This document shows positions 15,904 to 24,440 of a stretch of 64,000 nucleotides of DNA, piece after piece (positions within the stretch are counted from its first letter, which is position 1; each line of letters starts with the position of its first letter). Source of the stretch: an uncultured Rhodothermales bacterium (lineage in GTDB: Bacteria; Bacteroidota; Rhodothermia; Rhodothermales; VXPQ01); assembly GCA_965651265.1 (NCBI GenBank), contig CBFGRV010000017.1, positions 358 to 64,357 of the forward strand, in the 5' to 3' direction. The notes beneath the pieces are model-generated. The model saw nothing but the letters and a program-made list of their open reading frames with translations. It was not told the DNA's origin and made no database searches. The position numbers and the translations under genes were made by a program.

Positions 15904-18378
15904 ATGACTGATCGTTGGACTCGCATTGAGACACTCTACGAGGCCGCGCTCGAGCAATCCGCCGGGCGGCGGAAGGCATGGCTGACGGCTGCCTGTGAGG
16001 ACGAGGACCTAAGGCGAGAGATTCTCCAGATGCTGGCGGTGAGCGACCGCGCCGTCCACTTCCTTGAAGCACCCGTTCTGAATGGCCTCATGGAGGAGGC
16101 GCGTGGTGACGGACGGATTGGCGCCTATCGCATTTTGCAGGAAATAGGCCGCGGTGGCAGCAGTGTCGTCTATCTTGCTGAGCGCGCCGATGGCCAATAC
16201 GAGCAGCACGTCGCGATCAAGGTCCTATGCCGGGTACTGGACGAGGGCGACATGCATCGGCGATTCCTCGCCGAGCGGCAAATTCTGGCCGCGCTCGACC
16301 ATCCGAACATCGTGCCGTTGCTTGATGGCGGCGTCACGCCGGCGGGCATGCCCTATCTCGTCCTGCCGTATGTGCGAGGTCGGCCACTCACAGAAGCCTG
16401 CGCCGGTCTCAACCTCCAACGCCGGTTGCGGCTATTCGTCACGATCTGTGAAGCCGTTCAGTTCGCGCATAGAAAGCTGATCGTGCATCGCGATCTGAAA
16501 CCGTCGAATATCCTTGTGGATGAATCGGGCATGGTGAAACTGCTCGATTTCGGTATCGCGAAGCTACTCGAGCCTGAAGCGGCTGATCTCGTGCCCTCGA
16601 CGCGCACGGGGTGGCACCTGCTCACGCCTGAGTATGCGAGCCCCGAACAGGTTGAGGGAGGTGCCATCACCACGGCGTCGGATGTATACCAGCTCGGGCT
16701 CCTGTTGTATGAGATTCTGACCGACCGGCGAGCCTACGAGTTCGAGACACAATCTATCTCTGAGATTGCCCGTACGGTCTGCGATTTCGATCCTCCGCCG
16801 CCGAGCAAGGTTGCCGGGGGAGACTTTGTGCGACCGCGCATGCTCCGCGGTGATCTGGATGCCATCGCGCTGAAGGCCCTCCGAAAGCAGCCCGAGCGCC
16901 GATACGGGTCGGCGGCGGAGCTAGCCGACGACGTGCGCAGGTACCTGGCGCGTCGAACGGTGACGGCCCGCCCTGATTCGGCCGCCTACCGCCTTGGCAA
17001 AGCCGTGCGGCGTAACCGAGCGGCGGCGGTAGCCAGCTTCCTCGTTCTGGTCCTGCTCGTCGGTTACGCCGTTACCGCTACCGTGCAGTCCCGCAAGATC
17101 GTCGCCGAACGCAATCGTGCCCAGGAGTCCGCCCTGCGTGCCGAACGCGTGCAGGAATTTCTGATTGGCCTCTTCGAGCAGGCCGATCGTGATCCCGCAA
17201 AGAGCAATCGTAACATCGAGGCCGCTCTCACGGTGCTCGAGTCGGCTGAATCCCGCATCGACGTGGAGCTTGCGAAAGAGCCGGAGGTGCGGGCAGACCT
17301 CCTGTTCACCCTGGGGCGCATCTACGCAGGTTTCGGACGGCGGGAGCAGGCTACGCTCCTGATGCACCGATCGCTATATCTTCGGCGCGACCTCTATGGC
17401 GAACCCAACGAAGACGTCGCCGCCGTACTACACGGGTTCGGAGTGCAGATGCTAGCCCACGGCGACGTGGACTCGGCCCGGACCTATTTCGGCCAGGCGT
17501 TCGAGATGCGGCGCAAACTCCATGGCAACGAGGACGACCCGGGACTGGCAGCGAGCCTTCTCCAGACAGCACGGCTCATGCCCCATGATCATCCAAAGAA
17601 GAACGAACTCAAGGAGGAGGCCTTCGCCATGTACGAGCGGCTGTACGGCCCACGCAGCGTCGAGCTCGCAAAAGCCATGCACACATTCTATGTGCTCGGC
17701 TTTGGATCGAAAGATCCGGAGGAGATCATTCGAGGCATGCGTACGGTGCTCTCCATTTTCGAGCAGCGACTGGGCGTCCACTTGCAGACCGCTACTGTAA
17801 TGCACAACCTGGGTTTGGCCCTGGGCGATAAGACGGAAGAGGGGATGGATCTCGTGTTGCGATCCGTGGCCGTCGCAGAACAGGCCGCAGGTATTCAGCA
17901 TCCGACCACCAGTCAGATGGTCGTCAATGCGGCGGCCACCCTCCACGAACTGGGCCGCTATCAGGAGGCCGATTCACTTCTGACGATGGCACTCGCCGTG
18001 CGGCGCCGAACGATGTCCGGTACGCGGGGCGTCGCCTGGTCGCTCATGTGGTATGGGCGAAATCTCATGGCCATGGATCGGCTGGATGAAGCCGAGACCG
18101 CCCTCCGAGAGGGATTCGACATTTACAGGCGTGTCTATCCGGACTCTTATCTCTGCCACAGGCTGACCTACTTCTTTGCACGCTGCCTGATGCGCCGTGG
18201 AAAGATCGACGAATCGACAACCCTGCTCGAGCAGCGGTTCAACAATTGCGCCAACGCCTGGGGCCCGGACCACAGGGACTATGTGCCCACGCTGGAAGCG
18301 CTCATCGAGGCCCAAGAAGCGGTCGGCCGGCCCGCGCGAGCGACGGAATACCGCGAGATCCTATCGCGCAATAGCTAG
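15904..18378 (+). CDS. Ser/Thr protein kinase with one TM helix and a C-terminal TPR domain
   Basis: Kinase motifs VAIKVL, HRDLKPSNIL, DFGIAK and ASPEQ. TM helix AAAVASFLVLVLLVGYAVTATV. About 430 aa of TPR-like repeats. ATG at 15904. Confidence 0.9.
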   Translation: MTDRWTRIETLYEAALEQSAGRRKAWLTAACEDEDLRREILQMLAVSDRAVHFLEAPVLNGLMEEARGDGRIGAYRILQEIGRGGSSVVYLAERADGQYEQHVAIKVLCRVLDEGDMHRRFLAERQILAALDHPNIVPLLDGGVTPAGMPYLVLPYVRGRPLTEACAGLNLQRRLRLFVTICEAVQFAHRKLIVHRDLKPSNILVDESGMVKLLDFGIAKLLEPEAADLVPSTRTGWHLLTPEYASPEQVEGGAITTASDVYQLGLLLYEILTDRRAYEFETQSISEIARTVCDFDPPPPSKVAGGDFVRPRMLRGDLDAIALKALRKQPERRYGSAAELADDVRRYLARRTVTARPDSAAYRLGKAVRRNRAAAVASFLVLVLLVGYAVTATVQSRKIVAERNRAQESALRAERVQEFLIGLFEQADRDPAKSNRNIEAALTVLESAESRIDVELAKEPEVRADLLFTLGRIYAGFGRREQATLLMHRSLYLRRDLYGEPNEDVAAVLHGFGVQMLAHGDVDSARTYFGQAFEMRRKLHGNEDDPGLAASLLQTARLMPHDHPKKNELKEEAFAMYERLYGPRSVELAKAMHTFYVLGFGSKDPEEIIRGMRTVLSIFEQRLGVHLQTATVMHNLGLALGDKTEEGMDLVLRSVAVAEQAAGIQHPTTSQMVVNAAATLHELGRYQEADSLLTMALAVRRRTMSGTRGVAWSLMWYGRNLMAMDRLDEAETALREGFDIYRRVYPDSYLCHRLTYFFARCLMRRGKIDESTTLLEQRFNNCANAWGPDHRDYVPTLEALIEAQEAVGRPARATEYREILSRNS

Positions 18379-18703
18379 AAGCAGCGCATCGGATGAATTC
18401 GGTCATCCGCCTCACCTCATTCGTTTCGTTGCCCCGTTCGGCTTCGTATACTTCGCAGTGGCTCGATCCTGGCTGCCCCAGAAACCGCGGCACGCTTGCA
18501 GGCAGCCGGCATGTCTTCACGCTGTCGCCTCAAAGTGATGGCGCAAATGCCCCCGCGAGATGGCCATTTTGCGCACTGACATCCACCCTGTGATTCCGCA
18601 GATTTCCGGGATGGTATGACCCATCTTGCACGGGTACGGCGAAGTTGTGCCTCGGCACCGGGTCCGTGCAAGTTCTATCTGTCTCAATCAAGACGTCATC
18701 AGC

Positions 18704-19819
18704 ATGAGCGCGATTCGAGTACTTGTCGGCACCCAGAAGGGCGCTTTCATCATCACGTCGGACGGCAAACGGTCATCGTGGAACATCGATGGACCCCTCT
18801 TCGGCGGTTGGGAGATCTATCATATGAAAGGGTCCCCGGTCGATCCGAACCGGATCTACGCCTCACAGTCGAGCAGCTGGTTCGGGCAGGTGGTGCACCG
18901 CTCCGACGATGGTGGCAAAACCTGGGAATCGGTCGGAAACGAGTTCACGTACGACGGTGTGCCGGGTACACACCAGTGGTATGACGGAACGGCTCATCCG
19001 TGGGAATTTACTCGAGTCTGGCATCTGGAGCCGGCACGCACCGACCCCGACACACTCTACGCAGGCGTCGAGGATGCTGCTCTGTTTCGCTCAACCGACG
19101 GTGGGATGACGTGGCAAGAGATCTCCGGCTTGCGCGAGCACGGCTCTGGTCCACAATGGGCACCGGGTGCAGGAGGGATGTGCCTGCACACCATCCTCAT
19201 CGATCCCAACAATCCCGACCGCATCTACATCGCCATCTCCGCAGCCGGCGCGTTCCGCACAGACGATGGTGGCCAGACGTGGCGTGCTATCAATCAGGGC
19301 CTCCATTCGGAATACATACCCGATCCGACCGCTGAAGTCGGTCATTGTGTGCATCGCATTGCCATGCACGAGAGTCGACCGGACGTCCTGTTCATGCAAA
19401 AGCACTGGGACGTCATGCGCAGCGATGATGCCGGGGAGCGGTGGTACGAAGTGTCCGGAAACCTGCCGTCCGATTTCGGTTTTGTGATTGATGTGCATGC
19501 TCATGATCCTGAAACTATCTACGTGATACCGATAAAGAGCGATTCGGAGCACTACCCGCCCGAGGGGAAACTGCGCGTGTACCGGAGCCGTGTAGGAGGC
19601 AACGAGTGGGAGGCACTCACGAAGGGGCTTCCGCAGGAGCATTGCTACGTCAACGTGCTACGGGATGCCATGGCCGTGGACCAACTCGATCCATGCGGCA
19701 TCTACTTTGGAACGACGGGCGGACAGGTGTACGCATCGAACGACGAAGGCGACACGTGGATGGCCATCGCCGAGAATCTGCCCAAAGTGTTGTCTGTGGA
19801 GGTCCAGTCGCTCGAATGA
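18704..19819 (+). CDS. BNR/Asp-box repeat beta-propeller protein, no signal peptide
   Basis: Five Asp-box motifs: [33 protein letters not shown] and SNDEGDTW. The N-terminus [21 protein letters not shown] has no signal peptide. Confidence 0.8.
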   Translation: MSAIRVLVGTQKGAFIITSDGKRSSWNIDGPLFGGWEIYHMKGSPVDPNRIYASQSSSWFGQVVHRSDDGGKTWESVGNEFTYDGVPGTHQWYDGTAHPWEFTRVWHLEPARTDPDTLYAGVEDAALFRSTDGGMTWQEISGLREHGSGPQWAPGAGGMCLHTILIDPNNPDRIYIAISAAGAFRTDDGGQTWRAINQGLHSEYIPDPTAEVGHCVHRIAMHESRPDVLFMQKHWDVMRSDDAGERWYEVSGNLPSDFGFVIDVHAHDPETIYVIPIKSDSEHYPPEGKLRVYRSRVGGNEWEALTKGLPQEHCYVNVLRDAMAVDQLDPCGIYFGTTGGQVYASNDEGDTWMAIAENLPKVLSVEVQSLE

Positions 19820-19823
19820 ACGC

Positions 19824-20126
19824 GTGACGACGATTCGACTCATATTGCCGGCACACCTTCGCAAGCTGGCGGGCGTGGATGGGGAGCTTGTGCTACCCGT
19901 CCAGGGTCCGGTGACCCAGCGCACCGTCCTGGACGCCCTCGAGGCCAGATATCCTGTGTTACGCGGAACGATTCGCGATCATGCAGGCACGAAGAGACGC
20001 CCCTTCGTTCGCTTCTTCGCCTGCATGGAGGACCTTTCACACGAGCCTCCCGACGCCCCGCTGCCGGAGCCCGTCGCCCGCGGCGCCGAGCCCTACATGG
20101 TCGTGGGCGCTCTAGCCGGGGGTTGA
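19824..20126 (+). CDS. MoaD/ThiS-like ubiquitin-fold protein ending in Gly-Gly
   Basis: GTG at 19824 is in frame with ORF 19665..20126 and lies 4 nt after the propeller stop. About 100 aa: [26 protein letters not shown]...[10 protein letters not shown]-stop. Confidence 0.65.
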   Translation: MTTIRLILPAHLRKLAGVDGELVLPVQGPVTQRTVLDALEARYPVLRGTIRDHAGTKRRPFVRFFACMEDLSHEPPDAPLPEPVARGAEPYMVVGALAGG

Positions 20127-20138
20127 GTCGGCGCTCGC

Positions 20139-20486
20139 ATGCGGATTCCCTTCGAGTACGACGTAGACGACCTAAACGAGGCCGCCGGATTCCTCTATCT
20201 CGAGGATGACTTTCTCGTATTCGAACTCCAGGTGCTTGCCCTCGGCCTCGTCAAACGCGAAAGCGAGATCATCAAGGCGGAGCGGAGTGTGATCGAGGAC
20301 ATCGAGGTGCGCAAAGGGCTTATTAAGGATCGGCTTGTGGTATCTTCGCACAGCATCAAGCTCCTGAAGGCCATTCCAGGCAGGCATGCCACCGAGATCG
20401 TGCTGAAGATCAAGAAGAAGCACCGCCGCGAGGCCGAGGAATTCGTCGACCGAGTGCATTTGTGGTTGGATGAAGCCGGAGCCTGA
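20139..20486 (+). CDS. Hypothetical protein (possibly bacterial PH-like fold)
   Basis: 115-aa ORF starting 12 nt after the MoaD-like stop. The alternating beta-like pattern followed by a basic C-terminal helix (KIKKKHRREAEEFVDRVHLWL) suggests a fold, but this is only an impression. Confidence 0.5.
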   Translation: MRIPFEYDVDDLNEAAGFLYLEDDFLVFELQVLALGLVKRESEIIKAERSVIEDIEVRKGLIKDRLVVSSHSIKLLKAIPGRHATEIVLKIKKKHRREAEEFVDRVHLWLDEAGA

Positions 20487-20545
20487 CCGGAAGGCGTCGT
20501 CCGGGCGTTCACGGCAATGACCTACGTACAGATTCGAGCGAGGCG

Positions 20546-21403
20546 ATGGCAGATGCTATCACCCAAGGAGAAAGGAACATCGAGTCCCGCATGGCCGCGA
20601 TTTTGTCGGCGGCCGGCCGCATCCTGTTCTCGCTCGGCCTCCTGGGGCTTGGCATCGAGCACTTCGCCTTTGGCGATTTCATTACGGGACGAGCGCCGGC
20701 CTGGCCGGAGGGTATGCCCGGGCGCCTTGTCTGGGCGTATGCGACCGGCGGGGCCGTCGTAGTAGTCAGCGTGATGTTGCTGTTTCGAAGGAGGGAGCGG
20801 CAGGCGGCATTTGTATGTGCGGGCCTGATACTCATATGGGCTCTGGCGCGCCACATTCCCGTGCTTCTACAGGCACCCTTCCCGGGCGGCGACTGGACGA
20901 GGGCCGGCAAGGCGTGGACGCTCATCGGCGGATGCCTCGTAGCAGCGGCCGCGGCGCCGACGATCGCTGGCCTGCGATCCCAAATGGTGAATCGCCTCCT
21001 CAACGGTCGCAAAACGCTCATCCTGGCTGGCCGCATACTGCTCGGGTGCTTCTTCGTGCTCACCGGCATTCAGCACTTCATCTTCGTTGAATTCGTCGCC
21101 TCGCTCATCCCGGATTGGTTTCCGGGCGATGCCGTCATCTGGACCTACATCGCCGGAGTGTTCTTGATCTCCGGCGGAATAGGGCTGTTCATTCCGCGCA
21201 CGGCTGCGCTTGCCGCCCTGCTCTCCGGGTTGATGGTTTTCAGTTGGATATGGCTCGTCCACGTCCCGCGAACTTTCTTTTCGGTGACCGATGGGATCGC
21301 CATTTTCGAGGCACCGGCCGTCGCGGGTATCGCATGGATGATCGCCGCCGAGCTCTTTACCCCACGAGCTCCTTTTGCAGGGGAGAAGGGAAGCGGGGGA
21401 TGA
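20546..21403 (+). CDS. DoxX-like membrane protein, internally duplicated
   Basis: Two ~130-aa halves each begin with a similar segment: GRILFSLGLLGLGIEHFAFGDF and GRILLGCFFVLTGIQHFIFVEF. About 8 helices in total. Confidence 0.6.
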   Translation: MADAITQGERNIESRMAAILSAAGRILFSLGLLGLGIEHFAFGDFITGRAPAWPEGMPGRLVWAYATGGAVVVVSVMLLFRRRERQAAFVCAGLILIWALARHIPVLLQAPFPGGDWTRAGKAWTLIGGCLVAAAAAPTIAGLRSQMVNRLLNGRKTLILAGRILLGCFFVLTGIQHFIFVEFVASLIPDWFPGDAVIWTYIAGVFLISGGIGLFIPRTAALAALLSGLMVFSWIWLVHVPRTFFSVTDGIAIFEAPAVAGIAWMIAAELFTPRAPFAGEKGSGG

Positions 21404-22535
21404 CGTGCGTCGATACGAGCCACGCACCGAGACGCGCGGCTTCCGACTCAATCATCGAACGGATCTCCTCGCCAACATCCTCCAGGATGCGTGTCACCAC
21501 TTCACCGTTCTTGCGCGCTGCCCATCCACCCACGATCCTACCGTTGGCCCAGATGGTCGGTCCGGCATTACCGCTCGAGTCGAATAGCAGTCGCTGATGA
21601 TTGGCCAAATACCAGTCGCGCTGCTTCCATCCCATCGTCGTGGGGTCGAGCGAGGGTAAGAGCGCGACCCACGGACCCGGATCCGGTACCGGTTCGATGT
21701 CATCAGGAAGAACGTATCCGACCTGTCCGTCCAGGTCTACCTCCAGCGCCTCGATGGTTGCCAGGGCGCTCCGGATCGCTCGGGCGGTCCATCCGGTCCA
21801 CCAGCGTAGGTCCATCTCCGTGCCTGGCCCGAAGCGTTCCAGCCAACGCCTCACGATCATCGCCCGTGCGTCGGCCTCCGGGACATCCGCTATCTCGCGC
21901 CCCAACCACCGCGTCATGGATGCCCATCGGTACTGGCTGCTCACCCACGAACCCAGCGGCCGGGCCCGCACGATCTTGCCCTCCAGCGCGAGCACCAGAA
22001 GTATGCGACTCGACATCCCGACATTCGATTCGTACTTCTTGCCGATGTTGACGCGCACCTTCTCGCGAAGCGCGGGCACGACGGCGGACAGCTCTCTCGC
22101 GGTTGCTTCCCCGAGATCCTCGAGGGCCTCGAGCGTCGCCACCTCGGCGTCGCGAATCCATGCGCGCACGTTCTCAACGCCGAGCATCTCGACCAGCCGG
22201 CGGTTGCGACGGCGCTCGATCGGGACCAATGCGCGCGATGCGGCGGCGTCGACGACATCCACATCCTCGACCGGCACCACAAACATCGTCCGGCGCATGG
22301 CCAGCATCCGCACGAGCGCACGGTCATCGTAAAGGGCGCGGTCGACGTCGGATACCGTCAGGCTACCGGTCCGCGCCCACGCCGACAGATACACAGTCGC
22401 CGGATCCGTCGCGTGAAGGCCGACGAGGCTCTTCGCCACCGAAACGACGTCCTCGAGCCGGTGGGATGGAGACAGGCCGTGCCGTCTTGCCAAGCGAGCG
22501 CGCCGCTCGCTGACCCCGATGGACAACTTGGACAT
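21357..22535 (-). CDS. YcaQ/AlkZ family winged-helix protein (DUF1006, interstrand-crosslink DNA glycosylase family)
   Basis: The N-terminus RRARLARRHGLSP...LVGLHATDPATVYLSAWARTG...ALYDDRALVRMLAMRRTMFVVP is typical of the family. 392 aa. Confidence 0.75.
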   Translation of the reverse strand: MSKLSIGVSERRARLARRHGLSPSHRLEDVVSVAKSLVGLHATDPATVYLSAWARTGSLTVSDVDRALYDDRALVRMLAMRRTMFVVPVEDVDVVDAAASRALVPIERRRNRRLVEMLGVENVRAWIRDAEVATLEALEDLGEATARELSAVVPALREKVRVNIGKKYESNVGMSSRILLVLALEGKIVRARPLGSWVSSQYRWASMTRWLGREIADVPEADARAMIVRRWLERFGPGTEMDLRWWTGWTARAIRSALATIEALEVDLDGQVGYVLPDDIEPVPDPGPWVALLPSLDPTTMGWKQRDWYLANHQRLLFDSSGNAGPTIWANGRIVGGWAARKNGEVVTRILEDVGEEIRSMIESEAARLGAWLVSTHVIPRFPSPLQKELVG

Positions 22536-22660
22536 AGTGAACTCAGGCTTCTTGAATAGTCTCGGACAGGCTAAATCGAGGGCCGGTTGCTCATCGCACT
22601 ACTGCCTGCCGCGATGCGATCCATGCCGGACGCTCATGTTCCGACCTGTTCCCGTGAGGA

Positions 22661-22688
22661 CATCTCGATGATGCCCTTCATCGAGATG
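22661..22688. promoter_or_regulatory. Perfect 11-6-11 inverted repeat CATCTCGATGA-TGCCCT-TCATCGAGATG
   Basis: Read directly from the sequence. It lies in the 254-bp divergent intergenic region between the ycaQ-like gene and the DUF1579-like gene. Confidence 0.45.
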
Positions 22689-22789
22689 CCGCCGTAACCG
22701 ACTCGCGACCGCGTTCGCGTCTTCTGGTACTTCTCGGCCTGTCCCTCTATTTTGGCAGCCTCGCTCACCCCATTAAGCATCAAGTTGCC

Positions 22790-23341
22790 ATGAGAACATC
22801 CGCACACATCCTCGCACTCCTCGTCGGCGCTTGTATCCCCATGACGGCCTTGGCGCAGCCGGCCCCTTCTCCAGAGCTCGGCCAGCAGAAAGAGGCCATG
22901 GAGGCCGTCCAGTTTCTGGTCGGAGAGTGGAAGGGGAGCGGTTGGATCGACATGGGCCAGGGCCGCTCCGAATTCGTGGCTTCCGAGGTGGTTGAGTCGC
23001 GGCTGGATGGGCTCGCGCTCCTCGTCGAAGGCCGTCACATCGTGGAGCCAAACGGCAGCCCGAACCCAATCGTCGTCCATCACGCCCTGGCCATGCTCAC
23101 GTATGATCCGGCTGCTGGCATGTACCGCTTCAACTCGCAGGTGGCGCGCGGCGGAACCGGCATGTACGAAGGCAGCGTGGAAGACGGCGCCTTCATCTGG
23201 CGGATGGAGGCCGGCGGCGGGCAGGTCCGCTACAGGATCCGCCTCGACGAGGAGGGCCGCTGGGACGAGGTTGGCGAATATTCGGCGGACGGCGCGAACT
23301 GGAGCCCATTTTTCGGGATGACGCTCGAGAAGATTGACTAG
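22790..23341 (+). CDS. Secreted protein, DUF1579-like
   Basis: Signal peptide MRTSAHILALLVGACIPMTALAQP, then FLVGEWKGSGWIDMGQG..., typical of the DUF1579 lipocalin-like family (from memory). Confidence 0.55.
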   Translation: MRTSAHILALLVGACIPMTALAQPAPSPELGQQKEAMEAVQFLVGEWKGSGWIDMGQGRSEFVASEVVESRLDGLALLVEGRHIVEPNGSPNPIVVHHALAMLTYDPAAGMYRFNSQVARGGTGMYEGSVEDGAFIWRMEAGGGQVRYRIRLDEEGRWDEVGEYSADGANWSPFFGMTLEKID

Positions 23342-23454
23342 CGCGCGCTCGCGAGTGGCCTCCTCTGAATGCGGATCGTGAACCCACATGCTGCGTATTT
23401 TTGAGCGGAGACGCAAACCAACGACGTGATGGACAAACAGCCGGGGGACCCGAC

Positions 23455-23949
23455 ATGAGCATTGCCGAAAAGCTGCTTCCAGAATTCGAACAAGAGATGG
23501 CGGCAACTCGCCGCGTCATCGAGCGCGTGCCCGATGACGATCCCAACTGGAAGCCGCATCCTAAATCATTCTCAATGGCCCACCTTGCACAGTTGATTGC
23601 AACGATGCCGGGCTGGATTGCGATGACGCTCCGGAGCACAGAGCAGGAAATCGGCGAGGGCGGGGGATACTCGAACGAATCGACGGAGAAGCTGCTCGAG
23701 ATATTCGATGAGAATGTTCGGCAGGCTCGCGAGGCTATCCAGGCCTCAGCCGACGAGGACTATGACGTGCCGTGGTCGCTGAAGGTGCGTGGCCACACCG
23801 TGATGACTATGCCACGCGGAGACATGGTGCGGCAGCACATCAGCCATCTGAGTCATCATCGCGGACAGATGACGGTATATCTTCGTCTTCGGGACGTACC
23901 CGTCCCGTCCATCTACGGGCCGACGGCCGATGAGGGCTGGCAGCAGTGA
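23455..23949 (+). CDS. DinB superfamily protein
   Basis: ATG at 23455. Helical-bundle pattern with FSMAHLAQLIATMPGW and ISHLSHHRGQMTVYLR (His triad context). Confidence 0.75.
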   Translation: MSIAEKLLPEFEQEMAATRRVIERVPDDDPNWKPHPKSFSMAHLAQLIATMPGWIAMTLRSTEQEIGEGGGYSNESTEKLLEIFDENVRQAREAIQASADEDYDVPWSLKVRGHTVMTMPRGDMVRQHISHLSHHRGQMTVYLRLRDVPVPSIYGPTADEGWQQ

Positions 23950-23999
23950 CCGCGCGTGCGCCCGATCGACGCCAAGAATGGACGCCGTGAGCAGCCTGA

Positions 24000-24422
24000 A
24001 TGTCGATTGATAGCGGCGGTGAACCGCGCGAAATCGTCGTCTTCGACGGCATCTGCAGTTTCTGCTCCGGTGCCGTGCAATTCATCCTGAAGTACGATGT
24101 GGACGGCCGGCTGGCCTTCGCTCCAATGCAGAGCCGAGCCGGACGCGAGCTTCTCGAGGCGCACGGATTCGATCCGGCAGATGTGCAGACCTTCCTGTTC
24201 GTTCGAGGCTCGGAGGCGTTCGTCCGGTCGGACGCGGCTCTGGAGATTGCGGGCTATCTGCCGAGTTGGCGGTGGCTGCGCTTCTTCCGGTTCGTGCCCA
24301 GGCCGGTTCGCGACGTCGCCTACTCCATCATCGCGCGGAACCGGTATCGGTGGTTCGGTCGTCGCGAGGTCTGCTTCATCCCTCCGCCTGAAGATCGGCA
24401 TCGATTCCTTGATGATCCGTAA
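24000..24422 (+). CDS. Thiol-disulfide oxidoreductase DCC family (DUF393)
   Basis: VVFDGICSFCSGAVQF carries the DxxCxxC signature. 140 aa. Confidence 0.85.
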   Translation: MSIDSGGEPREIVVFDGICSFCSGAVQFILKYDVDGRLAFAPMQSRAGRELLEAHGFDPADVQTFLFVRGSEAFVRSDAALEIAGYLPSWRWLRFFRFVPRPVRDVAYSIIARNRYRWFGRREVCFIPPPEDRHRFLDDP

Positions 24423-24440
24423 AGGAAACTCTCGCTTGCG

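Noticed and set aside
22634-23506. 290-aa minus-strand ORF
   Set aside because: It is antisense to both the DUF1579-like gene and the start of the DinB gene, and it crosses their intergenic gap. No motifs are present.
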